Part shown: in pieces, positions 1 through 7,301 of the stretch
Layout of the letters: each line of letters starts with the position of its first letter
How positions within the stretch are numbered: the stretch's first letter is position 1
DNA from: an uncultured Bacteroidota bacterium
GTDB taxonomy: Bacteria > Bacteroidota > Bacteroidia > Chitinophagales > Saprospiraceae
Reading direction: 5' to 3'
NCBI GenBank assembly: GCA_937926185.1
Contig: CALEYM010000483.1
Location: forward strand, 1-40,688
Length of the DNA: 40,688 nt
The notes under the pieces: model-generated
Told to the model about the DNA's origin: nothing
What the model saw: only the letters and a program-made list of their open reading frames with translations
Database searches by the model: none
Position numbers and translations under genes: made by a program

Positions 1-55
1 TCGTCAACCCCGCAGTAACGAACTTTTCTTTGTCAAATTAATTACCCCGGATGTT

Positions 56-234
56 GGGGTTGTGCAAAAAGTCGGAGCACAGGAAAATCAACATTAGTTT
101 GGAAAATAGTATTTCGATTTCGTCGCGGTTTTAGACTTTCCAAGTTTTTAAAACTTGGAAAGTCTGCACGATAACGAATAATATTTTTCCAACTTTCGGC
201 AGTTATCCGGAGTACTGACTTTTTGCACAACCCC
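56..234. repeat. About 180-bp imperfect foldback (long inverted repeat), MITE-like or structured-RNA-like
   Basis: The termini are a perfect 18-bp inverted pair: GGGGTTGTGCAAAAAGTC (56-73) and GACTTTTTGCACAACCCC (217-234). The internal arms also pair imperfectly (ggaaaatagtatttcgatttcg vs the reverse complement of cgataacgaataatatttttcc). The centre is the 133-165 palindrome. Confidence 0.7.
133..165. repeat. Palindromic unit, copy 1 (variant AGACTTTCCAAGTT...AACTTGGAAAGTCT)
   Basis: It has 14-bp perfect arms around a 5-nt centre. The word family is the same as at 256-288 and 17714-17747. Confidence 0.8.
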
Positions 235-255
235 GCGTCCCAGTCCTGATCATGC

Positions 256-288
256 AGACTTTCCAGGTTTCAAAAACCTGGAAAGTCT
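256..288. repeat. Palindromic unit, copy 2 (AGACTTTCCAGGTTTcAAAAACCTGGAAAGTCT), REP-like
   Basis: It is near-identical to 17714-17747, including the flanks tgcAGAC...GTCTaaa. It ends 12 nt upstream of the moxR-like ATG at 301. Confidence 0.85.
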
Positions 289-300
289 AAAGTAGCATCG

Positions 301-1185
301 ATGAATATTCAAAATACAGACAACATCCGGCCCATTATGGACGGCCTGGAGCGCCAGGGCTACCTGATCGGCAAAGACCTGGCCACCGTGGTTTTCCTGA
401 TGCTGAAAATCCGAAAGCCCATACTTATCGAGGGCCCGCCGGGTATCGGCAAAACCGAGCTGGCCAATGTGCTGGCCCGCTGGCTGGGCACGCGGCTGAT
501 TCGCTTACAGTGTTACGAAGGGCTCGACGTCCATTCGGCTATGTACGAATGGAACTACCAAAAGCAATTGTTGGGCATAAAAATCCAGGAAACCAGCCGG
601 CTTAGCGAAGCGGAAAAGGAACAACACATTTTCAGCGAAGCCTACCTGCTGAAACGCCCCCTGCTCGAATCCATCAGCGCAAAGGACCACGCCCCGGTGC
701 TGCTGATCGACGAGATCGACCGCACCGACGAGGAATTCGAGGCGTTTCTGCTCGAATTGTTGTCCGAGTTCCAGATCACTATCCCGGAAGTGGGCACTGT
801 GAAGGCCGTACATCCGCCTTTTGTGATACTCACGTCCAACAGCACCCGCGAACTCAGCGACGCCCTCCGCCGGCGCTGTCTGTACCATTGGGTGGATTAT
901 CCCGATATGGAAAAGGAACTCGCTATCGTGCACAAACATTTTCCCGGCCTGGAGCAAAAAATGGCTACCCAACTGGTGCATTTTATCCAGGCGCTGCGCG
1001 CCAAAAAACTGCAAAAAACGCCCGGCGTTGCCGAAACGCTCGACTGGGCGCTCAGCCTGATGACCCTCGGCTACCAAACGCTCGACGTGGAAGCCGTGGA
1101 ACGAACCCTGGGCTGTATTTTAAAATCCAACGAGGATTTGAACCGGGTGAAGGAAGAAGGCGTGGAGGCATTGCTGGTGGGGTAG
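301..1185 (+). CDS. MoxR-family AAA+ ATPase
   Basis: Walker A is GPPGIGKT and Walker B is LLIDEIDR. The size (294 aa) and the RLQCYEGLD...YEWNYQKQ region are typical of MoxR/AAA_5-type ATPases. The ORF is clean and starts at ATG. Confidence 0.85.
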   Translation: MNIQNTDNIRPIMDGLERQGYLIGKDLATVVFLMLKIRKPILIEGPPGIGKTELANVLARWLGTRLIRLQCYEGLDVHSAMYEWNYQKQLLGIKIQETSRLSEAEKEQHIFSEAYLLKRPLLESISAKDHAPVLLIDEIDRTDEEFEAFLLELLSEFQITIPEVGTVKAVHPPFVILTSNSTRELSDALRRRCLYHWVDYPDMEKELAIVHKHFPGLEQKMATQLVHFIQALRAKKLQKTPGVAETLDWALSLMTLGYQTLDVEAVERTLGCILKSNEDLNRVKEEGVEALLVG

Positions 1186-1199
1186 GAGCCAATCCCCCT

Positions 1200-2762
1200 T
1201 CAAATCCTCGACACCTGTATAAACTTCCCCCGGCTCACGCGGTATTGCGCGTTGCCGATAGTGATGGTAGCCCCATCGGCCAGTTCAGCCAGGTTTTCAA
1301 TGTCTTCTTCAATGGTATGCACGGAGCCGCGTGTGCGGTAGGCGATTTCGAGGTAGTCTTCGTTCACGCCATGATCGGCGCCGCAAAGGATGACATGCAC
1401 CGGTACGTTTAACTTCGTCAGCAGTTCGATGTCGCGCACGTCGCTGTAATTATCGGCCACCAGCACCAGTTCGTCTATGCCCGAACGTTTGGCGGCGCCT
1501 TCCAGCAGGGCTTCAAGGTCGTTTTCCGGGCTGTCGCCGCCATATCCGGCCCTGGCGGTTTGCAGCATCGTTTCCAGCAACGCATCCATGTCTTTTTTTT
1601 CGGTAAAATAAATACCGCCGGTTTGGCCGATGGGCTTTTGATTGTCGGGTTTGGCGTCGCCGTCGTTAAAAAAAACGTAGCGGTTGTCCTCGTCCTGCAC
1701 CAGCTGGAGCGCATGCCAGAGTACCACCTGATCCATGTATGGCGACATGCTGCCTGTCAGGTCGGTCACCACCATCTTATTTTTCCAGCGGTCGCGCATG
1801 CGGTACAGCGTGGCTTTCACGGCTTCCCCGTTTTTTTCAAAATACAGTGGGTCGCGGGCGATGGAGTCCCGTTCTTCTGCTGCCCGTTTTTCAATTTTTT
1901 TATGTACATCCGTGCCCGGCTGCCCGAACAACAGTTGATGCAGAAAATTATCGTTTTTCTGCCGGGCAGCCCGTGCCATGGCAATAGAGTCGCGGATACG
2001 GTCCACTTCGTACAGGGAATCGCGTATGGCCGCCAGCCGCGCGCGTTCGGCTTTGCGCCGGAGAATGGCTTTCGTGCCGATGGTGTTATACGTGATATTG
2101 AGCTGGCCGGCCCGGTCCTCTTTGGGCAGTTCATAACATTTCAGATTGGCCTGAAAGCGGGTACTGATGCAATAGTTGTCGCCCATGGGCAGCACGAGAT
2201 ACGCCTTGCCGGCTCGATTCGTCTGTCCGACGTACACCTTGCCCGCATTTTTAGCAGCAAAATACATCTCTTCGCCTTCCAGGGGTTTGTTGTCCAGATC
2301 CAGTACGGTCAGGTGCACCAGCAGGCGGGAGCGGGTAGGCGTTTGTGCCGGCGATACCTTTTGAAAAATGCTGTCGTTGCGGGTTTCCTCCCTGAATTTG
2401 TCGGGCAACCAGGTGATGCCGAGGTTTTCGCGGGCGTATTTTTCATTTGACACGGTGAGGGTCTGTATGCCCGTTTCATCGCCCACGTCCACGCGGTATT
2501 CCTTGCCTTTGGGTACCAGGAAAAACACTTCGCCAAAATTGCCGGTGAACCCCCGCCAAATCCGGCCCGATTCTGTTTGCAACAAACGCACCTCGGCATT
2601 GGCCATTTTGTTGCGCGCCAGATTATACACGGTCACTTTGAGCAGGACCTCTTTGGCCGTGGGTTCTTTTTTATCTTTGGTATGCCAGTGTTCGTTAATG
2701 GTATCGGGCGTTTGGGCGTTCAGGAAAAAGGGAAGCAACAGAAAGGGTAGCAGGCATTTCAT
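1200..2762 (-). CDS. Secreted protein with a C-terminal von Willebrand factor A (vWA) domain
   Basis: The N-terminal signal peptide is MKCLLPFLLLPFFLNAQ. Two beta-sandwich-like segments follow (VTVYNL...EVRLL..., LTVLDLDNKPL...). A charged helical linker comes next. The C-terminal domain has the MIDAS-like motif VVTDLTGSMS plus downstream FFNDGD and LVADNYSD. Confidence 0.7.
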   Translation of the reverse strand: MKCLLPFLLLPFFLNAQTPDTINEHWHTKDKKEPTAKEVLLKVTVYNLARNKMANAEVRLLQTESGRIWRGFTGNFGEVFFLVPKGKEYRVDVGDETGIQTLTVSNEKYARENLGITWLPDKFREETRNDSIFQKVSPAQTPTRSRLLVHLTVLDLDNKPLEGEEMYFAAKNAGKVYVGQTNRAGKAYLVLPMGDNYCISTRFQANLKCYELPKEDRAGQLNITYNTIGTKAILRRKAERARLAAIRDSLYEVDRIRDSIAMARAARQKNDNFLHQLLFGQPGTDVHKKIEKRAAEERDSIARDPLYFEKNGEAVKATLYRMRDRWKNKMVVTDLTGSMSPYMDQVVLWHALQLVQDEDNRYVFFNDGDAKPDNQKPIGQTGGIYFTEKKDMDALLETMLQTARAGYGGDSPENDLEALLEGAAKRSGIDELVLVADNYSDVRDIELLTKLNVPVHVILCGADHGVNEDYLEIAYRTRGSVHTIEEDIENLAELADGATITIGNAQYRVSRGKFIQVSRI

Positions 2763-2861
2763 ACGGTTGGCGTTGTTTGGAAAGTAAATGTATTGTTTCG
2801 CACAACGAAACAGCCTGCCTCCGGATTATTGGTTTATTGCAAATTAATCCCCTGAACTTTG

Positions 2862-2869
2862 TAAATTTG
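2862..2869 (+). promoter_or_regulatory. Candidate Bacteroidota -7 promoter box TAAATTTG (TAnnTTTG)
   Basis: This is an exact match to the TAnnTTTG consensus, 20 nt upstream of the ATG at 2889. A TTG at 2837-2839 could serve as the -33 element, though the 22-nt spacing is slightly long. Confidence 0.3.
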
Positions 2870-2888
2870 TCTGTAAAATTTAACTGCC

Positions 2889-3611
2889 ATGAATAAACTA
2901 CTTGTTTCCCTGCTCATTTTGGGCGCCCTGGCCGGCTGCAATTCCGGCGACAACGATGACCCGCAAACCTTCGATTTTCTCGTAAACGTTACCATCCTCA
3001 ACCCGCAATCCGAATACCAGGTGGGCGATACCCTTTGGATGGACATTGACCTCCCCAACAACACCCTGACCGACCGGAACACAGGGGCGGATATTCCGGT
3101 GGACGGCGCGCTATTCGGGCTAAGCCTGCTGCCAACCCATTTTTTTGATTCCGATTCCGCGCTGGCCATACAAGACCGGCTCGGCCTGGTGGCTTCACGG
3201 GCGTTCACCCATCCCGATGCCAATTACCCTGCCGAGGCTGCTTTCACTTTCGGCTGCCCCGATAACACGTTCAAACTGAAAATAGGCGTGATTTTTAAAG
3301 ACAAAGGGCATTTCCTGTTTTTGCTGAATCGCAAATTCAGCACGCCGGAAACCGGCAATGAAAACCCGCGTACCCAGGTGCTCATCCCCCGCGACGGCGC
3401 CTGCGGGTCGCAGGAAACTGGCAACGCCGACCTCGGCCTCGTGGAATACACGTTTTTGGCGGGCAATTACAACCAGGCCGCATTTGAAACTTTCATGGCT
3501 GGCCTGATCGCCGATCCCGCCAATTGGGATCCGGCCAGTACCCAAAAGACGCTCAACGACATGAAAGTGATCTTTGGGAATCATGCAGCGTTTTTCACGG
3601 TGGTGAAGTGA
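2889..3611 (+). CDS. Hypothetical lipoprotein
   Basis: It has a signal peptide with a lipobox (LILGALAGC-NSG). I recognise no catalytic motif. Confidence 0.65.
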   Translation: MNKLLVSLLILGALAGCNSGDNDDPQTFDFLVNVTILNPQSEYQVGDTLWMDIDLPNNTLTDRNTGADIPVDGALFGLSLLPTHFFDSDSALAIQDRLGLVASRAFTHPDANYPAEAAFTFGCPDNTFKLKIGVIFKDKGHFLFLLNRKFSTPETGNENPRTQVLIPRDGACGSQETGNADLGLVEYTFLAGNYNQAAFETFMAGLIADPANWDPASTQKTLNDMKVIFGNHAAFFTVVK

Positions 3612-3640
3612 TAGTCAAATGATCGCTAAACCCCTGATTT

Positions 3641-5374
3641 TCAATGCGCCGCAAGTCTAACGTTGCCCTGGCTTTTTGTTTTTAAACGCAATTCAAACCC
3701 CTGTCCGCTCAAAACATCCTGGCTGGCAACTTCAACGGGTCGATTTAGCGGTAAATTTATTTTTGCGCTGCAAGCCTTCAAAATATCCCGTTCCACGTCG
3801 ATACCCGGCATAAGCTGCCGGAGTTCCAGTCCGTTTTCCGTGAGGGCAAATACGCCGACATGGGTGACGTAAAAAACTTTTTTCCCTTTCCGGAGGGCTT
3901 CTTTTGCGCTGAACGTGATATGGCTGATCCGGTCGGTAAACTTGCAAGGGCCGGGTTTGACGATCTGCAAACGCCCGCCATTCAGGGCAAATTGCGCCTG
4001 TGCCATCCAGCTGCCCACAAAAATGACCGTATGAGCGCCGGCGGCAATGTCGGGGAATCCACCCGGCCCGACGATATCGGTCAGATTTGGCCCCCGGTGT
4101 GAAGCGTTGACGTTGCCTTCGCTGTCTACTTGCAAAAAGCCGAGCACCGCCACGTCGAGTTCCGTTTGATACCGGTGGAACATGACGGAAGAGGGTTCCA
4201 GGTGTTTTGGGGCAATGGCCGCGCTGAAAAAGATACCCGGCGCCGGCAACCCGCCGTAAGCGCCGGCCTCGGTAGTGAATAACAACTGGTCGTGCAAACC
4301 GTGTTCGACCAGCTGACGCGCCACTTCTTCCGGAAAACCAACTCCGATATTGACCATGGCGCCTGCCGGCGCTTCGGCGGCGAATACGCCCGCGGCCAAA
4401 CGGGCCAGCGCGTATTCCACGGGCCCGCGCACCGGGGTAATTTTCAGCACGTTGTTGATAAAACGCAGTTGCCTGATAGCCTTTGGCGCGTCGGTTGCCG
4501 CCCCGGCCGTGAACATCGGCCAAAACCGAAGCTGCCGTATGCTGGCGGTTTGTTCGTTGAACTGGTGTACGACGATATAATCCACCTCGCCGGCGCGCAG
4601 GCTGATTTCCGCTTCATTTTTGGGAATTAGCCCGCTTACGGTGACGAAAACCTTGCCGCCATTCGCCCGCGCGGCGCGGGCCGACTGGACGTTCTCCGTC
4701 CAGGTGGCGGCGTCGCGGAAATAAATGTTCCCTTCTTCGTCGGCATACGGGGCATTCATCATGGCGAGGCCGACTTTGGGCATTTCGTACAGCAATGTAT
4801 CGCCGTCGGCAGCGACAAATTGCCGTCGGGCGCCGGGGCTAAGTGCCGAGCCCCTTCCCACTCCTGGATCGAGGAAAGTGCCCAGGCCCACTTCGCTTTG
4901 CAGATGGTTTTCGCCCCTTGCCTGTGCTTCCAGCAACAGCGACATCACGCCTTGCGGCAGGGTGTGCAGTTCGAGTTGATCCTTTTGGGCCAGCTTTAAC
5001 TGCGCTTTACAGGTTTCCAGGTGTCCTGCCAGGTAAAGATCCATCAAACCCGGCAAGCCGATTTCCTCGATCGTGCCGGGCACCTTGCCTCGCCCGCCCT
5101 GCGCCCCGACATTTATCCAGTTGAGCCGGCAGGGGTGACCTGTTTTGATAAAATTTTCCCGGATCGCCCAAAAAAATACGGAGCAACGGGCGTTCCCGGC
5201 CAGGCCGTTGGAAAAAACGACGGCGCCGTCGGGTATCAGCCGGGCGGCTTCGCGGGCGGTGATAAATTTTGGAGAAACCGGTCCCCGCGGTTTATATTCC
5301 AGGTCTTTCCTGGACCATGTCAACCGCCAGCGGATGATGTGTAAAAGTAAACGCAAACGTTCCAGGAATGTCAT
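3641..5374 (-). CDS. Single-chain family I acyl-CoA:carboxylate CoA-transferase (YdiF-like)
   Basis: This is a 577-aa fused two-lobe protein. Its N-terminal region (ITAREAARLIPDGAVVFSNGLAG) and the TTEAGAYGG segment resemble the ExG catalytic-glutamate motif of family I CoA-transferases. It lies 37 bp downstream of the ThDP enzyme gene on the same strand. Confidence 0.6.
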   Translation of the reverse strand: MTFLERLRLLLHIIRWRLTWSRKDLEYKPRGPVSPKFITAREAARLIPDGAVVFSNGLAGNARCSVFFWAIRENFIKTGHPCRLNWINVGAQGGRGKVPGTIEEIGLPGLMDLYLAGHLETCKAQLKLAQKDQLELHTLPQGVMSLLLEAQARGENHLQSEVGLGTFLDPGVGRGSALSPGARRQFVAADGDTLLYEMPKVGLAMMNAPYADEEGNIYFRDAATWTENVQSARAARANGGKVFVTVSGLIPKNEAEISLRAGEVDYIVVHQFNEQTASIRQLRFWPMFTAGAATDAPKAIRQLRFINNVLKITPVRGPVEYALARLAAGVFAAEAPAGAMVNIGVGFPEEVARQLVEHGLHDQLLFTTEAGAYGGLPAPGIFFSAAIAPKHLEPSSVMFHRYQTELDVAVLGFLQVDSEGNVNASHRGPNLTDIVGPGGFPDIAAGAHTVIFVGSWMAQAQFALNGGRLQIVKPGPCKFTDRISHITFSAKEALRKGKKVFYVTHVGVFALTENGLELRQLMPGIDVERDILKACSAKINLPLNRPVEVASQDVLSGQGFELRLKTKSQGNVRLAAH

Positions 5375-5411
5375 AATTTATTGGTTTTAAACAAATAAAG
5401 GAAAAAACGCG

Positions 5412-7145
5412 CTAAATGGAAATACTGCCCTGTCGAAAGGGGGTGGAGCCGATAATCGCATTGATCAGATAAGGCACACCTTTATCCATGCTGGCGACAG
5501 CCCTGCGCAGCGCCAGTCGGAAGTCGTCCATCGTATCGACGCGCTCGCCGGCGGCGCCGTAGCCTTCGGCCACGCGGTGATAATCGGTGCGGGGGAGGGT
5601 AACCGCCGTGTCGGCGCCGAGCAAATGCAACTGATCGCGGGCGATTTGCTCCCAGGAACCGTTGTTGCCCACGATGCCGCACACTTTCAACCCGTTTTTG
5701 GCAAAGGTTTCGAACTCCGCCAGGCTATAAGCCGCGCTGCCATCGCCGTAGATGATCCAGACATAATCGTCGGGATAGCAGGCGGCGGCGCCCAGGGCGA
5801 AGCCGCCGCCCGCGCCCAGGGTGCCGAACACGCCGGGGTCGAGCCAACTCAATGGTTTGCGCGGACGAAGGGTGTAGGCCGCCGTGGCGGCAAAGTCGCC
5901 CCCGTCGGCAACCAGCACCGAATTTTCCGGGATCGTCTGCTCCATATAGCGTAGCAGGGCAATTGGGTTGATGCCCTTTACCGCTTCGCCGGCCATTTGT
6001 TCAATTTCCGTTTCGCGGGCGTCGTCGCGCGCCTGCAAGGTTTTTTTCCAGGCTTCCCAACCGGGTAGAGCCGGGGCTGTTTTTTCAAGTTCGATCAAAA
6101 AAGCGCCCGGATCGGCACGGAGGGCAAGCATTGGCCGGATGTTCCGGCGAAGCTCCTGCCGGCTGCGGCTGACGGCAATTTTTCGGGCCCGGCGGTTGAG
6201 GTTACGTCCGTAATTAAGCCGGAAATCGCAGGGAACCCCGGCCAACAGGATGAGATCGGCTTCCCGGAGCGCTTCCTTGCGGTGGTGGTGAAATTGTATC
6301 CCGTTCGATCGCCCGACAAGCCCGCGCGCCATACCGCTGAGGTAAACGGGTATGCCGAGATATTGAACAGCCTCTGCTAATCGGGGCGCAAACGACGGTT
6401 TCAAAACAGCGCCGCTGCCCAGAAGCATGACGGGCCGTTCAGCCGAACGGAGAGCCTGAATAACCGATTTAAGGTCGGCCGCGCGGGGCGGGGGAATAGC
6501 AGGTTCCGGGACGAATGGAAGATCGATATCGACATTTTCTACCCCTGCAAACAGCCGTTTTACGTGCCGTCTGAGATACCAGCGCATCAATTTTTCCATC
6601 CAACCGGAAACACGCTCCTTATTCAGGCCGTACCATTCCCGTACGGTGGCCTCGGGGTACAACAGATCGACGGGGCATTCCAAAAATACCGGGCCGGGTA
6701 CGTTATCGCGGCTTGTTTTCAGCGCTTTAGCCAGGGAAGGCGCTAGTTCGCGCAGCCAATTGACCCGGTTTTGGCTTTTTACCGCGGAGCGAAGCAGAGA
6801 CAGCTGATCGATATCCTGCAAGGCGCCTTTATTGCGCAGCATGGTGGCCGTGGCGCCGCCGAGCAGCAGGACGGATGACTGCGCCATTTGCGCGTTTTTT
6901 ACCGCCGTGATGGTGTTTGTCACCCCCGGTCCGGCCGTCACGGTGGCTACCCCGGTGATGCCGGTAATCCGCGATACGGCGTCGGCGGCAAATACCGCGC
7001 TGGCTTCATGCCGCACATCCCACACCTGCATCCCTGCCCGCGCGGCTTCCACGTAAATGGGGCCGATATGGCCGCCGCAAAGGGTAAATAAATGCCTGAC
7101 GCGATTGTTCAGCAGTATATGTGCGATAATTTGTCCCCCGTTCAT
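5412..7145 (-). CDS. Thiamine-diphosphate-dependent enzyme (acetolactate synthase / oxalyl-CoA decarboxylase / 2-hydroxyacyl-CoA lyase superfamily)
   Basis: The N-terminal Pyr domain reads [12 protein letters not shown]...TAGPGVTNT. The C-terminal ThDP motif reads [30 protein letters not shown] (GDG-x-NN). At 577 aa it is typical of the family. Confidence 0.8.
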   Translation of the reverse strand: MNGGQIIAHILLNNRVRHLFTLCGGHIGPIYVEAARAGMQVWDVRHEASAVFAADAVSRITGITGVATVTAGPGVTNTITAVKNAQMAQSSVLLLGGATATMLRNKGALQDIDQLSLLRSAVKSQNRVNWLRELAPSLAKALKTSRDNVPGPVFLECPVDLLYPEATVREWYGLNKERVSGWMEKLMRWYLRRHVKRLFAGVENVDIDLPFVPEPAIPPPRAADLKSVIQALRSAERPVMLLGSGAVLKPSFAPRLAEAVQYLGIPVYLSGMARGLVGRSNGIQFHHHRKEALREADLILLAGVPCDFRLNYGRNLNRRARKIAVSRSRQELRRNIRPMLALRADPGAFLIELEKTAPALPGWEAWKKTLQARDDARETEIEQMAGEAVKGINPIALLRYMEQTIPENSVLVADGGDFAATAAYTLRPRKPLSWLDPGVFGTLGAGGGFALGAAACYPDDYVWIIYGDGSAAYSLAEFETFAKNGLKVCGIVGNNGSWEQIARDQLHLLGADTAVTLPRTDYHRVAEGYGAAGERVDTMDDFRLALRRAVASMDKGVPYLINAIIGSTPFRQGSISI

Positions 7146-7301
7146 AGATTATTGATTGTGCGGGGCAAGATAGAGAACCGCCACACCCGATTTGGCGATC
7201 TTCGTCAATGGCCAAAATAACCCTTGTCAGCTTCACCCCAAATTGAATCATTTAATTTTGACCATCAACGAGGTCACCGAACAATGTTTACGCATCACTT
7301 G

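Noticed and set aside
42-230. 62-aa minus-strand ORF upstream of moxR
   Set aside because: It lies entirely within the 56-234 foldback. Its 'protein' (…DFPSFKNLESLK…) simply reads through the palindromic unit, as does the ORF at 17680-17889. There is no start context or domain signal.
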